From positions 391-63,635 of the forward strand of contig DIQZ01000045.1 in assembly GCA_002424305.1 (NCBI GenBank): a stretch of DNA of 63,245 nt, read 5' to 3'. Positions within the stretch are counted from its first letter, which is position 1; each line of letters begins with the position of its first letter. Shown piece by piece: positions 48,501-58,006 of the stretch. Under the pieces are notes generated by a model. That model searched no databases and had not been told where the DNA came from. It was given only the letters and a program-made list of their open reading frames with translations. Origin of the DNA: Firmicutes bacterium UBA5449. GTDB taxonomy: Bacteria; Bacillota; SHA-98; UBA4971. A program made the position numbers and the translations under genes.

Positions 48501-51500
48501 TGGTAGGCAATGCCTGTAGTACGATTCAGTTCAAGAGTAATCCTAACGGTCCCATTCTATTTGACGGCACAGCTGTCATGTCAAATGTGTCTTTCGCCGC
48601 AGGCAGGGTTTATCCGGGAATTAAGGAGCTTGGTGGGAACGGTAGCATTAGGCTGTCATTCCAAAGAACTGCAGGCGACGATGTGTCTTACAGCGGGAAA
48701 GTCATGATAGACAAAGGAATTTTGAATCTTGACTCCATCGGTGCCAGGCTTGATAATCTTGCCGCTGAAGTGAATTTTGATATGGAGTCCCTGAATATTG
48801 AGGGAGCGACAGGAAATTTCGGAGCGTCAAAGTTCGAAGCTTCAGGGCTCGTACATTTTGGGAAAAATCCGGAAATAGACATTACGCTGAAGAGTAAAAA
48901 CCTGACCATGGAAGACCTAGGGGAGATTGCTGTAGCAGGTGATGCCTTCACTATTTCAGGTGCTGCTGCAGTGGATATCGGGGTCAGGGGGTTTTATCCG
49001 GATCTTGAATTGAGCGGAGAAGTATTATTATCTAAGGTTCGGGTAGAGCATGCCTCCCTGAAATCACCTGCAGAAAATATTGAAGGCAGAGTCAAACTGC
49101 TCGGGAATAGCGTAAGCTCAGAGGGCTTAACCATGGTTTTTATGGACTCATTTGCTGTGGTTAACGGCTCAGTAAATGATCTGTCTGAGCCTCATTTTGA
49201 TATGACAGTGTCCCTCGCTGATATTGAATTGAGTCGTGCCATGGAAGTGTTTGCTCCGAACATCGCAGGGGGTATGAAAGGGCACGGCGAAGTGACTCTG
49301 AACCTCAACGGGTCTCTTGAGGAACTGTGGGTAGACGGGGATTTTGCATTATCTGAAGTCTCCGCGATAGCTTCGGGGAAATCATTTAGAGCGCCTGAAG
49401 TCAAAGGAAAATTCCGTTACGGGAACAACGCAATAACCCTTAATGACACTGTTATTGCCACAATGGGCGGAGAGATTGATGTCAGCGGTGTTGTGCTGCT
49501 TAAGAAAACGCAAGATGAGTCCGGTGTAAGCTTGTGGACAAGGCTTTCTCTTGACGTCAAAGGAGTCTCTGTGAAAGAAGCAGCTTCATACGTCATATCC
49601 GAAGATATTACTACCTCCGGGGTGTTAGATGCCAAGGCTATGCTTGAGGTTGAGGAGGGTTCTTACAAGGTTGCGGGTTCATGTGCAATAACATCAGGCA
49701 GTATCCGGGATTATTCATTTGATAACCTAAGCGCAGAGTTTAGGGCAGAGGACGGCAGAATAACAATTGACGAGCTTACTTCAGAAGGTCCTGACGGCGA
49801 TCTAGCCGCAAGAGGGGTAATTTTCGATAACGCTGATTTCGAAATGCAGGTGGTTGCAGAGGCTGTTGACCTCAGGAAAGCGGCCAAGTCATTTGGCTAT
49901 GAGGACGTAGAAGGCAGCGCAAGTTTCGTGGGGACCATCTCCGGTAAAGACAAGAACATATCCCTGGATGGGCTTACCGAAATTGTGAGACCTAAAGCCT
50001 TTGGGATTCAGTTGGACTCTGCTGTAGGTCGTATCAAGCTTGATGGCAACACAATCCATCTTTCCAATGCTTCGATTCGCCTGGGGGATGCTGCATGTCT
50101 GGTTGCAGGTATAATAGAACTGGGCAGGGAAGACCCTGGGTTTGACTTGTTAGCAAATATTAACGGGATGCCTGTGGGTGAATTGGCGTCCATAGCAAAA
50201 ATCGGAGAAATTCCTCTAAAAGGGCAGATTTCCGGAAAGGTAGCCATTAGAGGAACTGTACGGAATCCGGAGGCAGAAGGAGACGTTAGGCTTTCGTCAG
50301 GGGAGATATCCGGTATAAAACTGGACGATGTCACCACAGGTTTTACATATGCTGCAGACACGGCTAACATAGAGAACCTAAGCATTGGCATAGGTTCTAT
50401 CAGGGTTAGTGCGTCAGGCAACGTGACGCGTGAAGGTAAACTTGACCTTTCTGTGAACATACAAGATTTCGATTTATCAAAGCTTCCGATGGATATCCCA
50501 AGTAACCCTGTAAGGGGGGGAATAGCCGGTTTTGAGGGTAAGATAACAGGGGAACTTGCCAAGCCTCAAGTGGAAGGGCACGTTGTGGCAAGGAATGTAT
50601 CTGTCATGGATGTACTTCTGCCTGATGTAACTTGTGACCTGAAATGGAGTCAGGGGGAGGTATATGTGAGGCGTGCAGTAATCCATGACGGAACCGGCAC
50701 CGCCGTAGCTGAAGGAAGCATAGGAGTTAATAACGGAAACTCTTTGAATCTTGCAATTACCGCTAGGGAGCTGGACGTAAAAACTGCCCTCGCTATTGTG
50801 CGCCCTGGAAAGAATGACCCTGTGGAGGGTAGAATCAGCGGTAAGGTGGATGTCCGGGGGGATCTGTCCCAACCCGCCATAGAGCTTAAGCTTGATACCA
50901 ATCGTCTGGTTGTAGGAGGAATTTCCCTTGAAAGCGCGTCATTGAATGCCGAAATCGTAGGAGATCATGTTAACTTGAAGCTCTTACGGTTATTCCAGGC
51001 AGGCGACGGCTACTTCGAAGCCACCGGCAGCCTGGGGCCGGGTGCCCCAATTTCTCTTACTGCTTCAGCCAGGCATTTCGATGTCAGTGCCGTATCCGCT
51101 GTGTTGGGATGGAAATATTCATTCAAAGGTACTATGGATCTTGCTATTAAAGCCGAAGGGGAATCAATGGATCCCTCTGTGGCTTTATCGTTTAGGGTTA
51201 CTGACGGCAGCGTGGAAAGGCTCGGTTTTGACTTGCTGGCTGCAAGAATGACATTTCGCGATGGCGTAGTCACCATTGAAGACGGTGAGATTGTTCAGGG
51301 GCGCCACAAAGAGGCTGTTCATGGCAAAGTTCCCATTTCCAAAAAGAGGCTTGAGACGATAGGAATCACGACCTTTGCCCCCGGCGAAGAATTAGATGTC
51401 AGCTTGCAAATGATCAACGGAAAGCTGGAGTTCATTTCCATGTTCTATGATGGAATTGAATGGGCAGAGGGCAACATTGATATAGACCTCCATGTTGCCG

Positions 51501-52621
51501 GAACACTTGAATCTCCAACACTCTACGGGAGCGCTCGAGTGAATGATGGGACGATAAAGCTCTTGCCTGTCATTGATGTGTTCAAGAATCTTAGCACTAC
51601 AGTCAAGTTCGTAGGGACTCAAGCGAATATTGAAACGCTTTCATGTCGTCTTGGGGACGGTGAAGTCAACGTATCAGGCAATGTCATGCTCCTGAGCGGG
51701 CAGGGAACGGGATTGGACTTGAAACTGTGGACACACGGGGCGCGGGTCAATACAGGTATGTTCCAGAGTCTTGTCAACTCCGATATTAAGCTTGTCGGAC
51801 CTCTCAGTCACCCGTTGATTTCCGGCAAAATCAGTTTGGTAAGGGCAATAGTTTCGCCTGATACATGGTCGTTTGGGGGAAGTCTTCCATTTGATGCGGA
51901 TTTAGCCCTCTCTGTAGCTACTGAAGGAGATCTTCGTGTAAGAACCAAAATCATGGATATTCCGGCATCAGGGTCTGTGAAGCTTAGCGGTACTCTCAAG
52001 CAGCCACAAGTGTCAGGTAGAATGGAAGCTCGAAGAGGTTGGTTTGCTTACTTCGGGAACGAGTTTACCATACGGCAAGCCATTGCCGAGTTTACTGAGA
52101 CGCGTGGTACTATGCCTCGGCTCGAAGTGGAAGCGGAAACAACGGTAGGTGCAGCAAGAATATTCATCGGACTTCATGGAGTTTTGCCCGGAGATCTTGC
52201 TCTTGAACTATCGTCAAGTCCCTCTATGACTCATGATGAGATTCTGGCGCTTCTAAACTACCCGGGTGCCTTGACGAGGATACTTACAGGTGATGTTGAA
52301 GGCGCATTCAAAGAGGAAATAGCCAGGATTTTTGAGCAAGAACTTCGTCTTCAGGTATCAGGAGGAATTGGGAGGGCGTTTGAGGCACTTCTGGCTTTAG
52401 ACGAGTTTAGGCTCCACAGAGGTACGTCCAATGAACTGACGCTAAGGGTTGGCAAGTACCTCATAGACAGCTTCTATCTAAGTTATGAGAAGGCATTGGG
52501 CCCTGAATCATATGGGGTTTTGAGGTTTGATTACTTCTATCGTCCGGGCGTCGTATTTACAGGACGGTTTGATGAAAAGGGAGAGAAAATTTTCAGTATT
52601 GAAGCTCGATTGAAATTCTAG
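45539..52621 (+). CDS. tamB: Very large TamB/AsmA-like (DUF490) periplasm-spanning protein, about 2360 aa
   Basis: N-terminal TM anchor; Gly-rich amphipathic beta-strand pattern throughout; C-terminal DUF490-like region (GSVKLSGTLKQP..SG, LSSSPSMTHDEILALL, VGKYL...FYLSY); directly upstream of bamA. Confidence 0.85.
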   Translation: MASMPKKTKALGAVIIIVMSVAILCVYNNLLKIQNAILLAARDPIIAGLEDALGTKVEIESIAGKTLSEVVISGLSVAGFDTDVPVLSARHVEVSYSLFDIITKRKDIAHAITGLVFIEPELCTELPSGTGLPSGAEGVDLGQAVGALDGFTGFVSVRDGTLKVYGIPGLDRPFAACGINGGVSLSQPGIAGHIKLFAGDERKIGIAVTGGYDRQTKAITCDTTLSGVMPQAWLGELRSIVDSVTVPLPGVTEESIAGIRQILNSVDTVDLAGGKVNVEAHVRPNAKKGLIIRGKAGIAEADLNAAHITLPDFSADVGQFQDLDSSLNLAFDFQLDEAGLACQGKGTVSVEHVQWIDSQFGFSEVDAKGRVIVEFWKEAEDKLLSFEGSSTLDIPYLSAGEALKNVAGLAAGTLQVEGPVRANLSFAGKSLDSIEAQGSLKMDKGKVVAEHVVSGVSEISGDIGAFFTFEGRGGALADYQGQVRLISGSVDIAYPGQGIESIRGCLTGTVNVSGGKDVPVKYKGVANLKEADIALDRMQQLNQSSREGESFAAIRVSKGTADCAVEFEGEAPGTVRYNGIVNVIDSAIEVLGATEGIKSSVGEGEAGGNISFGGEYPGDVEYGGKISLLRGEARIEDGPPWLRRALGEVSGNLEISGNSGGEFRYSGDLSVANIEIDVSDAPGGIKQFSGEGSAFVSFLGGGDSVLQYEGSGQATRGNLLATEIEGGIRRLEGPVTGNVAFKGEYREKPAINGIMSIAKCALEVGEIEGLVKSISGEADGEIHFSGCGPELTGYSGRGKINRAVFVSDQVYPGLIEAEGLAVIDLRFSSSGDDDLTYDGKAKIQSATILTERIYPGLESLEGNVASELSFSSSDEGAKYEGVAKLSSGKVLLKDGIPGLDSMDGDISANLKFQGAGGAVSSFQGDAVISGGTLKAGQILGGVESIEGPARLEAAFSGGFDTAPTYSGKLAINDASFSASDILEGVKSVVGNACSTIQFKSNPNGPILFDGTAVMSNVSFAAGRVYPGIKELGGNGSIRLSFQRTAGDDVSYSGKVMIDKGILNLDSIGARLDNLAAEVNFDMESLNIEGATGNFGASKFEASGLVHFGKNPEIDITLKSKNLTMEDLGEIAVAGDAFTISGAAAVDIGVRGFYPDLELSGEVLLSKVRVEHASLKSPAENIEGRVKLLGNSVSSEGLTMVFMDSFAVVNGSVNDLSEPHFDMTVSLADIELSRAMEVFAPNIAGGMKGHGEVTLNLNGSLEELWVDGDFALSEVSAIASGKSFRAPEVKGKFRYGNNAITLNDTVIATMGGEIDVSGVVLLKKTQDESGVSLWTRLSLDVKGVSVKEAASYVISEDITTSGVLDAKAMLEVEEGSYKVAGSCAITSGSIRDYSFDNLSAEFRAEDGRITIDELTSEGPDGDLAARGVIFDNADFEMQVVAEAVDLRKAAKSFGYEDVEGSASFVGTISGKDKNISLDGLTEIVRPKAFGIQLDSAVGRIKLDGNTIHLSNASIRLGDAACLVAGIIELGREDPGFDLLANINGMPVGELASIAKIGEIPLKGQISGKVAIRGTVRNPEAEGDVRLSSGEISGIKLDDVTTGFTYAADTANIENLSIGIGSIRVSASGNVTREGKLDLSVNIQDFDLSKLPMDIPSNPVRGGIAGFEGKITGELAKPQVEGHVVARNVSVMDVLLPDVTCDLKWSQGEVYVRRAVIHDGTGTAVAEGSIGVNNGNSLNLAITARELDVKTALAIVRPGKNDPVEGRISGKVDVRGDLSQPAIELKLDTNRLVVGGISLESASLNAEIVGDHVNLKLLRLFQAGDGYFEATGSLGPGAPISLTASARHFDVSAVSAVLGWKYSFKGTMDLAIKAEGESMDPSVALSFRVTDGSVERLGFDLLAARMTFRDGVVTIEDGEIVQGRHKEAVHGKVPISKKRLETIGITTFAPGEELDVSLQMINGKLEFISMFYDGIEWAEGNIDIDLHVAGTLESPTLYGSARVNDGTIKLLPVIDVFKNLSTTVKFVGTQANIETLSCRLGDGEVNVSGNVMLLSGQGTGLDLKLWTHGARVNTGMFQSLVNSDIKLVGPLSHPLISGKISLVRAIVSPDTWSFGGSLPFDADLALSVATEGDLRVRTKIMDIPASGSVKLSGTLKQPQVSGRMEARRGWFAYFGNEFTIRQAIAEFTETRGTMPRLEVEAETTVGAARIFIGLHGVLPGDLALELSSSPSMTHDEILALLNYPGALTRILTGDVEGAFKEEIARIFEQELRLQVSGGIGRAFEALLALDEFRLHRGTSNELTLRVGKYLIDSFYLSYEKALGPESYGVLRFDYFYRPGVVFTGRFDEKGEKIFSIEARLKF
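46883..48730 (+). repeat. About 14 diverged tandem 43-aa (129-bp) repeats inside tamB
   Basis: Unit starts at 46883, 47015, 47144, 47309, 47444, 47573, 47702, 47831, 47960, 48089, 48215, 48344, 48473, 48602, mostly 129 bp apart. Consensus roughly xx(I/V)xxG(I/L/V)xx(I/L)xGx6-7(F)xGx6-7(Y/F)xGxxx(I/L). Confidence 0.85.
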
Positions 52622-52803
52622 GAGATGTGGGACTATTTGCTGATATCATCAATATTTGGATGGATAGATGGGAAGGATTTACGTGAGGTTGGTAGAAGAT
52701 GATACCCATGTTGTTCTCGAATTTAGTAGGAACATGATCTAAGAAAAACCGTTAGAATTAGAGTAAGTGCATAAGCGTCTGTGTCTAACAAGGAGGGACA
52801 AAT

Positions 52804-54594
52804 GTGAACCTATTATCCGGGCAAATCCAGTTAAATGCCAAGAACATTCGCGCTCAACTCATTCCGATAGCGCTCATTGCTGTCTTAACCATGACTTTTG
52901 CCGGTCTATTATCTCCCTGTGTCCTGGCTCAGGTACCTACAGGTGAGAAAATTATCGCAGTAGAGGTCGAAGGGCTTCAGACTATTCCCTTGGAAGTAGT
53001 CATGGAAGTTGTCAAGGTAAAACCAGGAGATCTGCTGACAGAAGAGGCGGTGAGAGCTGACCTTGAAGCTATTAGTGATACCGGGCTGTTTTTCAATGTA
53101 GCAGCAAGGTTTTATCCTGACTTGGGGGCGATACGACTTGTATATGAGGTCGTAGAAAATCCCAGGATTGCTTCAATTAGTTTTGCGGGGAATGAAGCAG
53201 TCAGCCGCGACAAACTTGAACTGTTGATGAGCGTGCGGCCGCAAGAGACCCTCAACTTAAAGAAGCTCAACGGTGATCTCGAGCGAATTCTCAAGTACTA
53301 CTATAACGAGGGTTACTCTGCCAAGATTAAGGACGTAAATATTTCTGAACAGGGAGATGTCACAATAGAACTGGTAGAACTTCGTGTGTCCGATGTCAGG
53401 ATTGAAGGACACAAGAAGACCAAGGATTACGTGGTGCGCAGATACATCACGGTTGAGCCCGGTGAATTGCTAAACATCAATAAACTCCGCGATGACCAGC
53501 GAAAACTTGGGAATCTCGGAATCTTTGAAAGCATTGACATAAAGCTGGACATGGCAGAAGCAGAGGATGCCTACATAGTAACCTACGTGTTGAAGGAGTC
53601 CAGAACCGGTAGCGCAGGGATAGGTGCAGGGTACAGTTCTGCTGAGAAATTCATTGGGTATATTGAGGTTTCTGAGTCGAACTTCTTAGGAAGGCTTCAG
53701 ACTGTAAATGTGAACTGGCAGTTTGGAAAGGGTCGTAGTTCATATACTATAGGTTTCTACGATCCATGGATTGATGCAAGTCAAACATCCTTCGGCATTA
53801 ACCTGTATAATCGCACTTCAGCAGTGACCAGAAAATGGGATGAGGATAAATTCCAATGGAATGAAGGGGAGCATCCTGCGGAAATCAGATATAATGAACT
53901 CAGAAGGGGCGGAAGTGTATCTTTAGGGAGGCCGCTGAAGCAAGACTTGAGACTGTCTCTATCCCTCAGAATTGACGCGACAGATCTTGTTCCACTCCCT
54001 CAAGAAGGTGGAGATAAGGCCAAATGGTCGTGGATACCCGGGGAGAACCCCAGTGGTGATACAAGAAGCCTTACACTATCTCTTACCAGCGACACACGAG
54101 ACCATTACATGAATCCCACCAAAGGTATCTACTGGCGGGCATCGACGGAAGTGGCAGGCGGCATCCTTGGCGGTAGCTACACATTCTCAAAGTACCAAGG
54201 GGAAGGTAGCGTGTATCGGGAAGTTCGACCTAATCAAGTGCTTGCAGTGAGGCTCTCAGGCGGGACATCAACGGGAGTTCTTCCCTTACATGAGCAATAC
54301 CGTGTTGGAGGCGCAGAAACACTTCGCGGGTACAACTACGGTGAGTTTTATGGCGATAGTATGCTGCTTGCTAATGCGGAATACAGGTTTCAGATACTAA
54401 AGGGGCTTCAGGGTGTAGTGTTTGCAGACACAGGCACTGCATGGTTAAGAGACGAGGAATCCGGCATGAAAGGCCTTTCAACAGGTGCAGGCCTTGGGGT
54501 CAGAGTCGAGACTCCCATAGGGATGCTCAGAATTGACTATGGGATAGGAAAGCAAGGAGGCCAAGCTTACCTCAGTTTTGGTCAGATGTTCTAA
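52804..54594 (+). CDS. bamA: Omp85-family outer membrane protein assembly factor with 3 POTRA domains
   Basis: Three POTRA-like repeats; barrel start RTGSAGIGAGYSS; ESNFLGRLQ, FYDPW, LRGY loop motif, GAGLGVRVETPIGMLRIDYG, C-terminal FGQMF. Confidence 0.93.
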   Translation: MNLLSGQIQLNAKNIRAQLIPIALIAVLTMTFAGLLSPCVLAQVPTGEKIIAVEVEGLQTIPLEVVMEVVKVKPGDLLTEEAVRADLEAISDTGLFFNVAARFYPDLGAIRLVYEVVENPRIASISFAGNEAVSRDKLELLMSVRPQETLNLKKLNGDLERILKYYYNEGYSAKIKDVNISEQGDVTIELVELRVSDVRIEGHKKTKDYVVRRYITVEPGELLNINKLRDDQRKLGNLGIFESIDIKLDMAEAEDAYIVTYVLKESRTGSAGIGAGYSSAEKFIGYIEVSESNFLGRLQTVNVNWQFGKGRSSYTIGFYDPWIDASQTSFGINLYNRTSAVTRKWDEDKFQWNEGEHPAEIRYNELRRGGSVSLGRPLKQDLRLSLSLRIDATDLVPLPQEGGDKAKWSWIPGENPSGDTRSLTLSLTSDTRDHYMNPTKGIYWRASTEVAGGILGGSYTFSKYQGEGSVYREVRPNQVLAVRLSGGTSTGVLPLHEQYRVGGAETLRGYNYGEFYGDSMLLANAEYRFQILKGLQGVVFADTGTAWLRDEESGMKGLSTGAGLGVRVETPIGMLRIDYGIGKQGGQAYLSFGQMF

Positions 54595-54644
54595 GCAATC
54601 CCGAAAGAAGCAGTTGTGGTAAGGTATGCCTCTCCGGAAAATCC

Positions 54645-54673
54645 TTGCGGCTATGTGATACCATTGATATAAT
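54645..54673 (+). promoter_or_regulatory. SigmaA-type promoter of the ompH-lpxD segment
   Basis: TTGCGG -17 bp- TATAAT with extended TG. Confidence 0.6.
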
Positions 54674-54748
54674 GTGCGTGTTGCAACGGGGACATGTTCC
54701 CCTCAAGTTTTAGCAAAGGTGTTAGCGTCGGTGAAAGGAAGTGCAGGA

Positions 54749-55294
54749 ATGTCAAAATTCCAAACAAGACTCTTAGGTTTACTGGTAGTCATTATCGCTG
54801 CTGTAGCAGTTGTCGTAAGTCTCGTCGGAGGCCAAAGTCTTAAGGCGGCAAACGGGGCAGGTCCGGTTGGATTTGTTTATTCATCAAGAGTAATCGCAGC
54901 GGTGGAGAGTTCATCAGAGTATACAAAAGCTCAGAAGTCTTATGAAGAGTTCGCCCAAAAACTTCAGAAGGAATACGAGTCCCAGGCTGAGGGGCTTGAC
55001 GAGGAGAGCAAACGGGTAAAGCTCTTGAATCTTGAAAAGCAATTGACTGAAAAACAGATACAGCTGAATCAGCCCTTCCAAGACAAGATTCAAAAGGCAA
55101 TTGAAGATGTGGCTAAGAACGAAGGTTGCTCTATTGTTCTCAGCCAGCGAGTAGAGTTTGAAGCTCTTGTGCCTCTCCGCGATAGTAGCGCAAGCATTGT
55201 CGGTACGCAAGCCATGCCAATGTCCTTACCTATTGTCGTCACGGGTGGCATGGACCTTACTGAACCTGTCCTCCGGAAGCTCGGGGTGAAATAG
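54749..55294 (+). CDS. ompH: OmpH/Skp-family periplasmic chaperone
   Basis: Signal/TM; VGFV strand; helical coiled coil; IQKAIEDVAKNEGCSIVL...GGMDLTEPVLRKL; follows bamA. Confidence 0.82.
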   Translation: MSKFQTRLLGLLVVIIAAVAVVVSLVGGQSLKAANGAGPVGFVYSSRVIAAVESSSEYTKAQKSYEEFAQKLQKEYESQAEGLDEESKRVKLLNLEKQLTEKQIQLNQPFQDKIQKAIEDVAKNEGCSIVLSQRVEFEALVPLRDSSASIVGTQAMPMSLPIVVTGGMDLTEPVLRKLGVK

Positions 55295-55346
55295 TAGGCA
55301 ACCCATTCTGAGTTAGTCAAAAATGCCAGGCTTTGGCGGGATACTG

Positions 55347-56837
55347 ATGAAGCGATTAGTTTATGGCGTGACAATTGGACTTGTTGGAGTCCTGGCTGTT
55401 ATGGCAGTCAAGCTCCCGGTAACACACGAGGTTTCACTGTTCGGTGATACAGGTGTTGTTTATGGGGGCCTGTGCTTTGATGATTTTCAAAATGAACTTG
55501 AACCTTTAAGGCCCCTCGTTATCAGTAGAGGGGCCCCGTCTCTTCCATCTCCGGCTGCAGAAGAACTCAGATTAGATGAGTCCCCGACCCTCTCTCTATC
55601 CGGTGAATCAGCGTCTTTCAAGTTAGAGTTTATGGATGAACGAAGTGATGTCTGTTCCTATGGGGAGACGGACTTCTCTGGCATAGGCTCTTCTGATGAC
55701 ATAGGCTCTTCTTGCCTTGAGAACGTTTATGGTAACATGGCTGACAGCCTAATATGCCCGGAATATGAGTCTGATGCCTGCATTAATGGCATTCATGACA
55801 ATAAGAGGACAGGGTTTGTCTTGCTAGATGCAGTGATGAAGAGACATCCGCTATGGATGGAAGTACTCCGTATTGAGCGCGAGATAGAGACATGTAGAGG
55901 TCGATGGCAGAGTTATGTGGACGCCTCAGGAATTACCGAGGAAGACGTCTTGAAGTGTTTGGGAATCGCAGAACAAGCGTTAGGCGAGGCGATTTGCGGA
56001 GATCTTGATGAAAATTTCGAGTTTCCTCAGTATAAAGACGTATTGGAGTCCAGACTTAACTTGGTGGAAGCATCTCTCACAGGGGAAGCGGATGCACGTA
56101 TACAAGCCAAGGCAACTGAGCTTGAGGCAGACCTTGAAGATCGGCTTTATGCTGAAAAGGCTCGTCTCAACAATGAATTCGATGAATTGAGAGATAGAGC
56201 AGTCAAGGAGAACTATCTTGCTATTGTGAACACGCAAATGAAATTACAGCTCCTGAAGTTGTCAGATGTTCAGCGAGAGGTCCTGAAAGAGGAGCTTCAG
56301 CACCTCAATGATGAGATTGAGAAGGAACTTTCCGCTAAACAGAAAGCACTGGATGATGTTTACGCGCTTTATGAAGCCGGGGAAACAGCCCAGGCTGACA
56401 GGGAGCTTATGCAGTTTCGGAAGGAACAAGTAGGTTGGGTGTCTTCTCAGCTTCAGCAAGAGAGGGAGAGGTTATCGAAGGAAATCGAAGGTTTCTTCAC
56501 TGACACAGCGCCTGGTAATCCAGATGGTTTTGAGGCATGGCAAGAGGAAGTTTCCAGACGAGGGCGGATTGAGCTTTCATGCAGGCGCGCCCAGATGTCC
56601 GATGAGTTTAAGGAGAGGGAATCTCAGTTCACCGTGGAGCTTGATGAACTTGTGGCCGGTCGGGAGCAGGTTCTGGAGCGCATCAAGACAGACGTATTTC
56701 ACGTAGTATCAAATCTTAGTCATGATACGGATATCCCGATAGAGATAATTGAGGATGACTTAGAACACAGAATGGCTGAATCCTTTGATGTTGACATGAC
56801 GCAGGATGCAATTTTTATTATTCGAAATTACGAGTGA
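55347..56837 (+). CDS. Elongated OmpH/Skp-like coiled-coil protein
   Basis: Signal/TM; acidic linker; GFVLLDAVMKRHP (OmpH-like start); about 300 aa of helical E/K/R/L-rich sequence; OmpH-like end IKTDVFHVV...DVDMTQDAI. Confidence 0.55.
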   Translation: MKRLVYGVTIGLVGVLAVMAVKLPVTHEVSLFGDTGVVYGGLCFDDFQNELEPLRPLVISRGAPSLPSPAAEELRLDESPTLSLSGESASFKLEFMDERSDVCSYGETDFSGIGSSDDIGSSCLENVYGNMADSLICPEYESDACINGIHDNKRTGFVLLDAVMKRHPLWMEVLRIEREIETCRGRWQSYVDASGITEEDVLKCLGIAEQALGEAICGDLDENFEFPQYKDVLESRLNLVEASLTGEADARIQAKATELEADLEDRLYAEKARLNNEFDELRDRAVKENYLAIVNTQMKLQLLKLSDVQREVLKEELQHLNDEIEKELSAKQKALDDVYALYEAGETAQADRELMQFRKEQVGWVSSQLQQERERLSKEIEGFFTDTAPGNPDGFEAWQEEVSRRGRIELSCRRAQMSDEFKERESQFTVELDELVAGREQVLERIKTDVFHVVSNLSHDTDIPIEIIEDDLEHRMAESFDVDMTQDAIFIIRNYE

Positions 56838-56849
56838 AAGTGTGTCAAG

Positions 56850-57884
56850 ATGGATAGAAAGATAACGTTAGGTGAATTAGCAAAGATGATCAGGGGTAAC
56901 CCGGTAGGCGACCCCCGCCTTTGTATTACGGGGATAGCTCCTGTGGAAAGCGCAGGCGCGGGTGACATTGTTTTTGCAGAGAACCCAAAGATTCTTCAAA
57001 TGGCTACCCGGAGTCATGCAGGAGCTGTTATAGCGAAACATGGAGAGAGCCTTCAGGGGAAGCCCGGCATATTTGTGGAAAATCCAAGATTTGCGTTTGC
57101 AAAAGTACTTGGGATATTCGCGCCTGATGTTTCCCATCCCCCTGAGGGAGTTCATGAAGAGAGCAGTGTTGCTGAGAGTGCAGTAATAGGCAAAGGGGCT
57201 CGGATAGGCCCTAACGTTATCATTCAAGCCCATGTAGTCCTGGGAGAAGGGATTGTTTTATATCCCGGCGTTTATGTAGGAGAACATACTAAGATTGGCG
57301 ATGGAACTGTTATTTATCCAAATGCAGTGATACGAGAGCGGGTATCCATTGGAAAGCACGTGGTTATCCACGGAGGGGCTGTGATTGGCTCTGATGGATT
57401 TGGTTTTGTTGCCCATGATGGTGTGCATCATAAAGTTCCCCAGATAGGAACTGTCATAATAGAGGATGACGTTGAAATAGGGGCTAATTCGTGTATTGAC
57501 AGGGCTACGATGGGCGCTACGGTTATCGGTAGAGGAACTAAGATAGATAACCTGGTTCAGATAGGACATAACGTAAGAATCGGCAAGCACTGTATTGTGG
57601 TGGCGCAGACCGGGATAGGCGGATCCAGCGAGATTGGGGAAGGCTCTGTTCTTGCAGGCCAGGCAGGTGTAAGTGATCATGTCAGAATCGGACCCGCAAG
57701 CATTGTGGCAGGCTGCACCTTAGTATCAACAAATCTGCCGCCCGGTGCTTTCGTGTCGGGTAGGCCTGCTCGCCCTCATAAGGAGCAGCTTAAGATGGAA
57801 GCTGCATACCGCAAATTACCGGATGTTGTGGAAAAGGTACGTGAGCTGGAGAAAAGGCTCAGTGAAATAGAAGATAAGGCCTGA
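56850..57884 (+). CDS. lpxD: UDP-3-O-(3-hydroxyacyl)glucosamine N-acyltransferase
   Basis: N-terminal LpxD domain (ITGIAPVESAGAGDIVF, VENPRFAFA), hexapeptide repeats, IGSDGFGF, KVPQIGTVIIEDDVEIGANSCIDR, GTKIDNLVQIGHNV. Confidence 0.96.
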   Translation: MDRKITLGELAKMIRGNPVGDPRLCITGIAPVESAGAGDIVFAENPKILQMATRSHAGAVIAKHGESLQGKPGIFVENPRFAFAKVLGIFAPDVSHPPEGVHEESSVAESAVIGKGARIGPNVIIQAHVVLGEGIVLYPGVYVGEHTKIGDGTVIYPNAVIRERVSIGKHVVIHGGAVIGSDGFGFVAHDGVHHKVPQIGTVIIEDDVEIGANSCIDRATMGATVIGRGTKIDNLVQIGHNVRIGKHCIVVAQTGIGGSSEIGEGSVLAGQAGVSDHVRIGPASIVAGCTLVSTNLPPGAFVSGRPARPHKEQLKMEAAYRKLPDVVEKVRELEKRLSEIEDKA

Positions 57885-58006
57885 GAGCATAGGATTTCGG
57901 TGTTTGATGGGTTAATATGTATTTCAATCATGTTGAGGTTAAAGTAGGAAAACAGGCAACCTCTGAAGAATAATCCTTCTAGATGTTATTAAAGGAGGAT
58001 TATTCT

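Noticed and set aside
46883-48730. Periodic region as a CRISPR array or DNA repeat
   Set aside because: The periodicity is at protein level within an open frame, with no identical DNA repeats or spacers.
52802-52807. ATG-TGA start-stop overlapping the bamA GTG (similar at 29452 before prfA)
   Set aside because: Such hexamers arise easily at GTG/ATG starts; no evidence of regulation.
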